A DNA stretch of 64,000 nucleotides from Eledone cirrhosa. Lineage: Eukaryota. Location: contig OZ024741.1 of the NCBI GenBank assembly GCA_964016885.1, positions 124,744,001 to 124,808,000 of the forward strand, written 5' to 3'. Numbering within the stretch: position 1 is the first letter of the stretch; every line of letters begins with the position of its first letter. The translations under genes and the position numbers were made by a program. Below the pieces are notes generated by a model. It was not told the DNA's origin. It saw only the letters and a list, made by a program, of their open reading frames with translations, and searched no databases. This document shows, one piece after another, positions 1 to 8,909 of the stretch.

Positions 1-2827
1 CGTCGCTCTTCCCCTCCACTAATCCTCTATAGAACGCCGAGGTGGAGTTTCCACCGATCACATTGCCCGATTGGTCGAGGGCTGTGAGCGCCTGAAGACA
101 TTCCAGTCTCCAGGCGCTCCCTCTCGGTCTTCGCTTGACCCAGGACTGCAGCTCCGTCAAGGAAACGAGCTGGGGAAACACGCGTCTAGCAAACGGCGAC
201 CACACCTGATCACCGTCGAGGAAGAGGTGGAGATGTCGTAGCCTGAGCGCGTGCCTGCGCATCATCAGCCATGGCATGCCCAGCCCTCCACGTAGCGGGT
301 GTTGACAACAGATGGACCGCCTGACCATCGGAGCGCGTCCCTTCCACAAAAAGCGAAAGAGCAAACGCTCCAGCACAGTCAGGCGAGGCTTAGGACAAGG
401 TACGACGGTCAGGCGGTAGCAGATGACGGACGCGATGTACGCGTTAGCCACCTCCGCTCGACCTTTCAGGGATAGCTTCCTCTCGGCCCATTTCTGGGTG
501 AGAGAAGCCACCCTGCTCGTCACCTCGTCCCAGTTTTTGTCCGTCTGGAGGTCCGGACCGAACCAGACCCCTAGCAATTTAACCGGTCCGTCCGTCCAGC
601 GTCCGACGACGCTGTTGGACGGCATGGACCTGCCTCTCCAGGTGCCGAGCTGCAGGCCCACTGACTTTTCCTGGTTGATCATTGCTCCTGTCACCGCTTC
701 GTATTCTCTTAGTGTAGTGCCGATCGCCTCGATGTGTTTGGCGTTCGACACCACTACGGTGACATCGTCCGCATATGCTGATACGGATCTTCCGCATCCT
801 AGTTCGCGCGGGACCCCCCTCAACGTCTCCAGTTTGTGCAGTAATGGCTCGAGAGTCAATACGTACAAGAGGGACGAGAGGGGACATCCTTGGCGGACCG
901 AGCGCATGATGTTGAACGGTTCCGACAGGTGACCGTTCACTCTCACCACAGAGCAGATGTCGCTGTGCATGGCAGCGATCCAGCCTCTGAAGACGGGCCC
1001 AAAGCCAGCCGCCCTCAGGACTGCCGCTAGGTAACGATGGTCGACCCTATCGAAAGCTTTCGACTGATCTAAATTGATCAAGGACCCACCCGTGCCAGGT
1101 TCCCTAGCTACCCGCTCTACGATGTATCGCATGAGGTGGAGGTTGTCGTGGATGGATCTGTCGGGAATGGCGCATGTCTGCGCCTCTCCCACCAGACCAC
1201 CAACGACAAGCGCCAACCTCTTTGCTAGCACCTTGGCCAAAATCTTAAACTCTGTGTTTAGCAGAGTTATGGGCCGGAAATTTTCTATGTTATCCCCCTT
1301 GTTCGGATCCTTTCTCAGCAGTGCCACCGCTCCTCGGCTCACAGAACTGGGAATTCTCCCGTTCTGTTGCCAGTTGCAGTAGACGTCCGCCAAGAGGCCT
1401 CCGAACAAGTCTGGCATCTGTACGTAAAGTTCATAGGGCAGACCATCCAAACCAGGCGATTTACCCCTTGTGCAGCCAGTCATTGCCTCCCGTACTTCAG
1501 CGGCTGTTATCGGCTTTTCGCAACACTCCGCCTCAGTGGCCGAGAGCCGCGGCAGTCCGTCGAGGTAGACACTAAAGTCCATCCCTCTACCCGGCCCCCC
1601 TCTGCCCCCGAACAGCTGAGCGAAGTGTCGCTGAAAAGCTTCACACATTTGCCCAGGATCGAGTAGCATGCGCCCGTCGTGGTCCACCAAAGACCGGATC
1701 GTGGCTTTGTTGCCACGACGCGCCTCCGCCACTCGGGCCCATTGAACGGCTTTCGTCCCCTCGTGTCTGAGAGCACGCACCCTAGCTCTGACAACGCAGC
1801 CTTCGTGCTTTGCATTGAAGAATTGGTCAAGGGCCAATTTCGCCGCAAGCACGTCGGTCGCAATGCCTTTGCTAAGCGCCTCGTCTAATTTTCTAACTAG
1901 TTCTCCCTCTGCTCTATTTTTCTCTATTGCTAAAGCCTTACTAAACCTAATCGATTCTATTCTAATCGCTCTTTTCAGAGCAAACCACCACTTGTTGTTG
2001 ACGATGGCCCCCGTCAACGCCCGCTTAACTAGTTCGCTAATCCGGTCTCTGTAGGCCTTGCGCGCTGGTAAGGACGCGTTTAGCTTCCAGTAGCCGGGTC
2101 CTCGTCTATGAAGCCTATCTAAGTCAAGCACACAGGTCACGAATTTGTGGTCCGTGTAGCTGACTATCTTGAATTGTGGACAGCCTATGCTAGACCTATC
2201 TATTTCCCTACAAAATACTCTATCTAGATATGATCTGGATGACCCTATGCGGTTTGTCCAAGTCCACATTGGCACATTCGGGAAATCCAATCGGTACCTG
2301 TCAGACAGTTCAAAACGCCTGAGCAGGTTGGTGAGGCTCTTGCACCCTCCACCCCTATCCGCTAATCCCACACAGTCCCAGCGTGCATCTAAGATCCCGT
2401 TCCAGTCGCCCACTAACACTAAAGAGCGGGACGTTCCAAGAAAGGTCTCCAGACGCCGGAAGAAATCAGGCCGCCCTGCTCCTGTCGGGGCATAGACGGC
2501 CACTAGCCTGAAAGCTTGCCCGTCTCCGCTGGTCACGTCCAGCACCACCAGCTTACCCTCTGGGTCCAGGAAGATGGCCCGTATGGCGAGATCCAAACCT
2601 CTCCGAAAAAGCACAGCAACTCCTCCACCCGATCCAGGACGGCTGGGAGATGCGTACACATCGTAGCCGCCGAAGATCGGTGCGAAGGCCCGTGCTTCGG
2701 AGATTCTGGTCTCGCTGATGGCCACTACATCTATGTTTAGTGACCTGAGGTCGTTGAGCAGGTGACCCTGCTTCCATGACGACCCCAAGCCACGCGCATT
2801 TATGCTGCCTATTCTGAGTGAGGTCAT
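1..2827 (-). CDS. ORF2 (APE endonuclease + reverse transcriptase) of E1, C-terminus outside window
   Basis: CAT at 2825-2827 is the MTSLRIG start. Constant 6047 offset to the intact E2 ORF2 indicates no net indel. It is absent from the ORF track, presumably because the stop lies outside the window. Confidence 0.9.
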   Translation of the reverse strand, partial: MTSLRIGSINARGLGSSWKQGHLLNDLRSLNIDVVAISETRISEARAFAPIFGGYDVYASPSRPGSGGGVAVLFRRGLDLAIRAIFLDPEGKLVVLDVTSGDGQAFRLVAVYAPTGAGRPDFFRRLETFLGTSRSLVLVGDWNGILDARWDCVGLADRGGGCKSLTNLLRRFELSDRYRLDFPNVPMWTWTNRIGSSRSYLDRVFCREIDRSSIGCPQFKIVSYTDHKFVTCVLDLDRLHRRGPGYWKLNASLPARKAYRDRISELVKRALTGAIVNNKWWFALKRAIRIESIRFSKALAIEKNRAEGELVRKLDEALSKGIATDVLAAKLALDQFFNAKHEGCVVRARVRALRHEGTKAVQWARVAEARRGNKATIRSLVDHDGRMLLDPGQMCEAFQRHFAQLFGGRGGPGRGMDFSVYLDGLPRLSATEAECCEKPITAAEVREAMTGCTRGKSPGLDGLPYELYVQMPDLFGGLLADVYCNWQQNGRIPSSVSRGAVALLRKDPNKGDNIENFRPITLLNTEFKILAKVLAKRLALVVGGLVGEAQTCAIPDRSIHDNLHLMRYIVERVAREPGTGGSLINLDQSKAFDRVDHRYLAAVLRAAGFGPVFRGWIAAMHSDICSVVRVNGHLSEPFNIMRSVRQGCPLSSLLYVLTLEPLLHKLETLRGVPRELGCGRSVSAYADDVTVVVSNAKHIEAIGTTLREYEAVTGAMINQEKSVGLQLGTWRGRSMPSNSVVGRWTDGPVKLLGVWFGPDLQTDKNWDEVTSRVASLTQKWAERKLSLKGRAEVANAYIASVICYRLTVVPCPKPRLTVLERLLFRFLWKGRAPMVRRSICCQHPLRGGLGMPWLMMRRHALRLRHLHLFLDGDQVWSPFARRVFPQLVSLTELQSWVKRRPRGSAWRLECLQALTALDQSGNVIGGNSTSAFYRGLVEGKSD

Positions 2828-2861
2828 GTTTAAATAGAGTGGAAAAGATGGGAAAGACCAC

Positions 2862-4958
2862 TTACCGTACTTTTGGTAGAGGAGGGATGGTTTTTACATC
2901 CCTTTTCACTTGATCGTCTGGTGAAGGGACCGTTGAATCGTCCCTTCGGCTGGTCGTCGGCTCTTCTAAGAGAATGTCTGAATATACTCTTCGATTGATG
3001 GTTCCTCCTAGGTCCCTGAAATCACCAACTGAGTTGGGGAATTTCGTTTTAATGTTTGTGTATTGTTTCTGTGCTATTTTTAGCAGTCTTATGTTAGTTG
3101 GCGTTTTGATTGGTGCTGGTATTATGTAGTCCTGTTGTGAAATGTCTGTGTGTTCAATTATGTAAGTCATTAGTTTCTTGTTGTGTGTGTTTATTGCCGT
3201 GCATTTGTTTTTCTGGGGGTGGGGTGTGGTTCTGCTATTTTCTTGTCGTTGTTGCTGGGTGTGTGTGTTTTGTTGTTGTGTTTGCGATGTTGGTGCTTGT
3301 GGTGGTGGTGTTGAAGGTGTTGTTGGCGGTGGGGTTGTCGCCGGTGGTGATGGTGGTGCTGGTGTGGGTGGTGATGGTGTTGGTGGTGTTGCTGCTGTGG
3401 GTCTCTTTGCAGTAGACTTTACCCTTTTCTCATTTCTTTCCTCCCTTTTCAAAGGCGACGATGCGCTGCTTCTGCGTTTGTGCCTTCTTGCGACCTTTTG
3501 CCATCCCTCTCCCACGTCACACTCCATGTCTGATTCTGTAAGGTCGGGGAGGGGTACCAGCTCCACTCTTTCACTTGTTGTTGTTGGTGATGTTTGCACT
3601 GGAGTCTCTGTTGCAGCTGCATTTGGTATTGCTGTTGTTGTTGTTAATATTTCCACTGCTGCTGCTGTCTTTGATTTCCGTGGAGTGGGTATGGGTGCCA
3701 CGGACCTATCGTTCCTGGTTGCCGCTTGTCCTGTTGCTGGTAGCCGTGGAGCCGGATTCGGAAGGAGGGGGGTTTTCTCCTTTCTCAGGGTCTTCTCGTT
3801 GCAGAAGGCCCTGAGGTGAGTCTTCGATCCACAGCGAAAGCATTTCGGGCGTTTGCCCTCAACACTTATGGGCAGTTGAGTGCCGTTATCGAAGTCTATC
3901 ACATCCGGGATAGCTTCGATGCACTCCTGGTTGGTTTGGATTAGCATCTCAATGGAGGAGCCGACCCAATCTTCTCTTACTTTTTTCTGTACTTGCAGTA
4001 CAGTTGTTTTGTCCTCGATTCCGACGAGGACAGACGCGGCCAGCCAAGAAGGGGTCATTCCGGGGGGGACGTGGGTCAGTTTGACCCTCACAATTTTTTG
4101 CCCGCAGTAGGAGGGCACCAACACCATTTCCTCGCTCCTTAGGGTCACTACTGATTGGGCCTTTGCCTCCTGGGGTGTGGCAAAAAGTACGTCTACGGTG
4201 GCGTATTTTTTGCCTCGGGTGATGTGCGTTTTCCTCTGCCACACAGACCCCAAGGCTTTTTGTATTTGGGCCTCTGTGGCTCTTTCCACCCTACGGGATT
4301 TTGTACTTACTGTACGGTACGTGACCGTACAGTGCTCTTGGGTTTCGAAAAAATTTTTCGCTGCCTTGCAGATTGCTCGGTGTCCGTTCTTTGTCACCAT
4401 CTTCTTCGCTTCCTCTAATTCCTCATTTGTTATGAGGATTGTTTCCAAGTTTTTCGCAATACCTGCAAATGAGATTGGTTTTTCTCTGCTGTTGTTGTTG
4501 TCGTCAGAGCTGCTGGTACTTTTGTTGTTGCTGCAGGTACTACGACTACTGCCTCCGCCGCTGTTGCTGTGGTTGTTGTTGGTGTTGCTGCTGCTAATGC
4601 TGTTGTTGTTTATGCTGCTGGTGATGCTGTTGCGGCTGCTACTGTTGTTTTCATTGTCACTGTTGCTGTTGTTATTACGGCTGTTACTGTTATTATTCCT
4701 GACGTCAGACGAATGAACTGGGTTTTCGTATTTCCCGCACACCTGTTTCGTCGCTGTCGTCGTCGTCGTGGAGAAACCTTGCACGCTTTGCACGAGACTT
4801 TTCTTTTCTTTCGTCGCTTGCGAAAGAGAAGGGAGGGAAAGAGACACATTTAAAGAAGGGAGGGAGAGAGACAATCTTCTCTCTGCTGTAGTGATGATTG
4901 AGGAAGAAGAAGACGGAATGAGTGGGAGTGACGTATGAAATTTCTTTTTGGTAGCCAT
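2862..4958 (-). CDS. ORF1 Gag-like nucleic-acid-binding protein with CCHC zinc knuckle (E1)
   Basis: Starts MATKKK as in the other copies. CFRCGSKTHLRAFC = CX2CX4HX4C. N/S-rich and P/T-rich low-complexity tracts. Confidence 0.9.
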   Translation of the reverse strand: MATKKKFHTSLPLIPSSSSSIITTAERRLSLSLPSLNVSLSLPSLSQATKEKKSLVQSVQGFSTTTTTATKQVCGKYENPVHSSDVRNNNSNSRNNNSNSDNENNSSSRNSITSSINNNSISSSNTNNNHSNSGGGSSRSTCSNNKSTSSSDDNNNSREKPISFAGIAKNLETILITNEELEEAKKMVTKNGHRAICKAAKNFFETQEHCTVTYRTVSTKSRRVERATEAQIQKALGSVWQRKTHITRGKKYATVDVLFATPQEAKAQSVVTLRSEEMVLVPSYCGQKIVRVKLTHVPPGMTPSWLAASVLVGIEDKTTVLQVQKKVREDWVGSSIEMLIQTNQECIEAIPDVIDFDNGTQLPISVEGKRPKCFRCGSKTHLRAFCNEKTLRKEKTPLLPNPAPRLPATGQAATRNDRSVAPIPTPRKSKTAAAVEILTTTTAIPNAAATETPVQTSPTTTSERVELVPLPDLTESDMECDVGEGWQKVARRHKRRSSASSPLKREERNEKRVKSTAKRPTAATPPTPSPPTPAPPSPPATTPPPTTPSTPPPQAPTSQTQQQNTHTQQQRQENSRTTPHPQKNKCTAINTHNKKLMTYIIEHTDISQQDYIIPAPIKTPTNIRLLKIAQKQYTNIKTKFPNSVGDFRDLGGTINRRVYSDILLEEPTTSRRDDSTVPSPDDQVKRDVKTIPPLPKVR

Positions 4959-5171
4959 GTTTTTTTGTTTAAAATGAAATTTTGGGTACAAAACCCCAAT
5001 AACTGGTTATTTAACCCCGAAGGGCCAAATAACGGACAGAAAGACCCCTCTCACGAGGAGGAGGGTGTCTTTATCAACAATTTGGTTCAAGTTTTAAACA
5101 ATTTACAATTGTTTTAACGGTTAAAAATTACTATACCTTACAGAGCCGAGCCTCCGTCAACCATGGCATTC

Positions 5172-5192
5172 AATAATAATAATAATAATAAT
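5172..5192. repeat. Inter-element spacer 1: (AAT)7
   Basis: Directly between the E1 5' end and the E2 3' end. Confidence 0.9.
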
Positions 5193-5204
5193 GATTTCTT
5201 TATT
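5193..5204 (-). terminator. Putative polyadenylation signal AATAAA at element 3' end (present in E2-E6)
   Basis: Minus strand reads GGTTAATAAAGAAATC followed by (ATT)n. Confidence 0.55.
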
Positions 5205-5454
5205 AACCACAAGGGTTTACATAAAGTAGACATTAAGGACAGTGCAGGACAATGCAGGACGGTACAAATGGGCATTTCTGCGTGTAAAAAAACAAAAACA
5301 GAGGATGTAACAAAAATAACAATGAAAATAACAATGAAAAATTCCCCAATAGGGGGGAGACTTCGGAGGGACATTTGTGGAGAAAGCCCAGTAAAAAGCC
5401 ACAATGACCCTGACCACCAAGGCAAGTGCCCTCTCCCAGTTTTCCACCTTTAGT

Positions 5455-8400
5455 TTACAGATATATACTCAGAGTCGGCCTATTCACTCGGGCCATTCTA
5501 GCTTCTCTCACCCATCTTTCAACAAAATGCTGGGAAGAGAGCACTTCCTTCTCTACTCTGATTTTCCTTTTCAAATGAAATTTGAAAAAGTCAATCAGAG
5601 CATCACCGAAGAGGTAAGTGCTCGTCTTCAGCCCTTTCAAACGTGTCCACCATACTATCTCTTTCGCCATGGCCACCAGACAGATAAAAACTGCCTGCCC
5701 ATCCTGGCTAAAGGAGGAGGGCGGGGCAATCCTCACGATGGACTCAGATGATAGCTGGATCCGTCCTAAACGCGACAGCAGGTGTTTGACATAAACCCAC
5801 AAGTCAGCAATTTTCGGACACTGGACGAGTGCGTGCAGGACGGTTTCGTCGCCCTGCGCGCATCTCGGACATGCCCGGCTGACGACACCTCCATGCCTGT
5901 AGAGTTTATCCCGAACTGGCAAGGCTCCTCGGTAGCACTGCCAGGCCAGAGATTTCTGGAAGTTGTCCATAGGCCCTGGCCCGAAAGTTCTTCCGAAGAG
6001 ATTGGCTAGTTGATTTTCGTCGACGCCTAGAGTTTCCCCAAGTACGTCGTCGCTCTTCCCCTCCACTAATCCTCTATAGAACGCCGAGGTGGAGTTTCCA
6101 CCGATCACATTGCCCGATTGGTCGAGGGCTGTGAGCGCCTGAAGACATTCCAGTCTCCAGGCGCTCCCTCTCGGTCTTCGCTTGACCCAGGACTGCAGCT
6201 CCGTCAAGGAAACGAGCTGGGGAAAAACGCGTCTAGCAAACGGCGACCACACCTGATCACCGTCGAGGAAGAGGTGGAGATGTCGTAGCCTGAGCGCGTG
6301 CCTGCGCATTATCAGCCACGGCATGCCCAGCCCTCCACGTAGCGGGTGTTGACAACAGATGGACCGCCTGACCATCGGAGCACGTCCCTTCCACAAAAAG
6401 CGAAAGAGCAAACGCTCCAGCGCAGTCAGGCGAGGCTTAGGACAAGGTACTACGGTTAGGCGGTAGCAGATGACAGACGCGATGTACGCGTTAGCCACCT
6501 CCGCTCGACCTTTCAGGGATAGCTTCCTCTCCGCCCATTTCTGGGTGAGAGAAGCCACCCTGCTCGTCACCTCGTCCCAGTTTTTGTCCGTCTGGAGGTC
6601 CGGACCGAACCAGACCCCTAGCAATTTAACCGGTCCGTCCGTCCAGCGCCCGACGAGGCTGTTGGACGGCATGCACCTGCCTCTCCAGGTGCCGAGCTGC
6701 AGGCCCACTGACTTTTCCTGGTTGATCATTGCTCCTGTCACCGCTTCGTATTCTCTTAGTGTAGTGCCGATCGCCTCGATGTGTTTGGCGTTCGACACCA
6801 CTACGGTGACATCGTCCGCATATGCTGACACGGATCTTCCGCATCCTAGTTCGCGCGGGACTCCCCTCAACGTCTCCAGTTTGTGCAGTAATGGCTCGAG
6901 AGTCAATACGTACAAGAGGGACGAGAGGGGACATCCTTGGCGGACCGAGCGCATGATGTTGAACGGTTCCGACAGGTGACCGTTCACTCTCACTACAGAG
7001 CAGATGTCGCTGTGCATGGCAGCGATCCAGCCTCTGAAGACGGGCCCAAAGCCAGCCGCCCTCAGGACTGCCGCTAGGTAACGATGGTCGACCCTATCGA
7101 AAGCTTTCGACTGATCTAAATTGATCAAGGACCCACCCGTGCCAGGTTCCCTAGCTACCCTCTCTACGATGTATCGCATGAGGTGGAGGTTGTCGTGGAT
7201 GGATCTGTCGGGAATGGCGCATGTCTGCGCCTCTCCCACCAGACCACCAACGACAAGCGCCAACCTCTTTGCTAGCACCTTGGCCAAAATCTTAAACTCT
7301 GTGTTTAGCAGAGTTATGGGCCGGAAATTGTCTATGTTATCCCCCTTGTTCGGATCCTTTCTCAGCAGTGCCACCGCTCCTCGGCTCACAGAACTGGGAA
7401 TTCTCCCGTTCTGTTGCCAGTTGCAGTAGACGTCCGCCAAGAGGCCTCCGAACAAGTCTGGCATCTGTACGTAAAGTTCATAGGGCAGACCATCTAAACC
7501 AGGCGATTTACCCCTTGTGCAGCCAGTCATTGCCTCCCGTACTTCAGCGGCTGTTATCGGCTTTTCGCAACACTTCGCCTCAGTGGCCGAGAGCCGCGGC
7601 AGTCCGTCGAGGTAGACACGAAAGTCCATCCCTCTACCCGGCCCCCCGCTGCCCCCGAACAGCTGAGCGAAGTGTCGCTGAAAAGCTTCACACATTTGCT
7701 CGGGATCGAGTAGCATGCGCCCGTCGTGGTCCACCAAAGACCGGATCGTGGCTTTGTTGTCACGACGCGCCTCCGCCACTCGGGCCCATTGAACGGCTTT
7801 CGTCCCCTCGTGTCTGAGAGCACGCACCCTAGCTCTGACAACGCAGCCTTCGTGCTTTGCATTGAAGAATTGGTCAAGGGCCAATTTCGCCGCAAGCACG
7901 TCGGTCGCAATGCCTTTGCTAAGCGCCTCGTCTAATTTTCTAACTAGTTCTCCCTCTGCTCTATTTTTCTCTATTGCTAAAGCCTTACTAAACCTAATCG
8001 ATTCTATTCTAATCGCTCTTTTCAGAGCAAACCACCACTTGTTGTTGACGATGGCCCCCGTCAACGCCCGCTTAACTAGTTCGCTAATCCGGTCTCTGTA
8101 GGCCTTGCGCGCTGGTAAGGACGCGTTTAGCTTCCAGTAGCCGGATCCTCGTCTATGAAGCCTATCTAAGTCAAGCACACAGGTCACGAATTTGTGGTCC
8201 GTGTAGCTGACTATCTTGAATTGTGGACAGCCTATGCTAGACCTATCTATTTCCCTACAAAATACTCTATCTAGATATGATCTGGATGACCCTATGCGGT
8301 TTGTCCAAGTCCACATTGGCACATTCGGGAAATCCAATCGGTACCTGTCAGACAGTTCAAAACGCCTGAGCAGGTTGGTGAGGCTCTTGCACCCTCCACC

Positions 8401-8874
8401 CCTATCCGCTAATCCCACACAGTCCCAGCGTGCATCTAAGATCCCGTTCCAGTCGCCCACTAACACTAAAGAGCGGGACGTTCCAAGAAAGGTCTCCAGA
8501 CGCCGGAAGAAATCAGGCCGCCCTGCTCCTGTCGGGGCATAGACGGCCACTAGCCTGAAAGCTTGCCCGTCTCCGCTGGTCACGTCCAGCACCACCAGCT
8601 TACCCTCTGGGTCCAGGAAGATGGCCCGTATGGCGAGATCCAAACCTCTCCGAAAAAGCACAGCAACTCCTCCACCCGATCCAGGACGGCTGGGAGATGC
8701 GTACACATCGTAGCCGCCGAAGATCGGTGCGAAGGCCCGTGCTTCGGAGATTCTGGTCTCGCTGATGGCCACTACATCTATGTTTAGTGACCTGAGGTCG
8801 TTGAGCAGGTGACCCTGCTTCCATGACGACCCCAAGCCACGCGCATTTATGCTGCCTATTCTGAGTGAGGTCAT
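5455..8874 (-). CDS. ORF2 APE endonuclease-reverse transcriptase-Zn finger, 1139 aa (E2)
   Basis: APE motifs SINARGL, ISET, VGDWN, YLDRVF, TDH. RT motifs PGLDG, FRPITLLN, LDQSKAFDRV, QGCPLS, YADD. C-terminal CPRC-X8-H-X4-C. Confidence 0.97.
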   Translation of the reverse strand: MTSLRIGSINARGLGSSWKQGHLLNDLRSLNIDVVAISETRISEARAFAPIFGGYDVYASPSRPGSGGGVAVLFRRGLDLAIRAIFLDPEGKLVVLDVTSGDGQAFRLVAVYAPTGAGRPDFFRRLETFLGTSRSLVLVGDWNGILDARWDCVGLADRGGGCKSLTNLLRRFELSDRYRLDFPNVPMWTWTNRIGSSRSYLDRVFCREIDRSSIGCPQFKIVSYTDHKFVTCVLDLDRLHRRGSGYWKLNASLPARKAYRDRISELVKRALTGAIVNNKWWFALKRAIRIESIRFSKALAIEKNRAEGELVRKLDEALSKGIATDVLAAKLALDQFFNAKHEGCVVRARVRALRHEGTKAVQWARVAEARRDNKATIRSLVDHDGRMLLDPEQMCEAFQRHFAQLFGGSGGPGRGMDFRVYLDGLPRLSATEAKCCEKPITAAEVREAMTGCTRGKSPGLDGLPYELYVQMPDLFGGLLADVYCNWQQNGRIPSSVSRGAVALLRKDPNKGDNIDNFRPITLLNTEFKILAKVLAKRLALVVGGLVGEAQTCAIPDRSIHDNLHLMRYIVERVAREPGTGGSLINLDQSKAFDRVDHRYLAAVLRAAGFGPVFRGWIAAMHSDICSVVRVNGHLSEPFNIMRSVRQGCPLSSLLYVLTLEPLLHKLETLRGVPRELGCGRSVSAYADDVTVVVSNAKHIEAIGTTLREYEAVTGAMINQEKSVGLQLGTWRGRCMPSNSLVGRWTDGPVKLLGVWFGPDLQTDKNWDEVTSRVASLTQKWAERKLSLKGRAEVANAYIASVICYRLTVVPCPKPRLTALERLLFRFLWKGRAPMVRRSICCQHPLRGGLGMPWLIMRRHALRLRHLHLFLDGDQVWSPFARRVFPQLVSLTELQSWVKRRPRGSAWRLECLQALTALDQSGNVIGGNSTSAFYRGLVEGKSDDVLGETLGVDENQLANLFGRTFGPGPMDNFQKSLAWQCYRGALPVRDKLYRHGGVVSRACPRCAQGDETVLHALVQCPKIADLWVYVKHLLSRLGRIQLSSESIVRIAPPSSFSQDGQAVFICLVAMAKEIVWWTRLKGLKTSTYLFGDALIDFFKFHLKRKIRVEKEVLSSQHFVERWVREARMARVNRPTLSIYL

Positions 8875-8909
8875 GTTTAAAATAGAGTGGAAAAGATGGG
8901 AAAGACCAC

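Larger units (their letters stand above)
1..5171 (-). mobile_element. L1/Tx1-like non-LTR retrotransposon, array copy E1 (3' part beyond window edge)
   Basis: Near-identical to copies E2-E6 (offset 6047 to E2 across ORF2). Same 5' end GAATGCCATGG at 5171. Confidence 0.95.

Noticed and set aside
2828-2861. ORF1-ORF2 in-frame stop read-through
   Set aside because: The inter-ORF spacer is 34 nt (E1) or 35 nt (others), not a multiple of three, and ORF2 has its own ATG.
5131-5192. Target being a spliced-leader RNA, U2 snRNA, tRNA or 5S gene as for some Tx1 families
   Set aside because: No recognisable RNA gene at the junctions. The AAG|GTATAG site lacks a convincing Sm site and lies inside the element. 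Spacers are microsatellite DNA.
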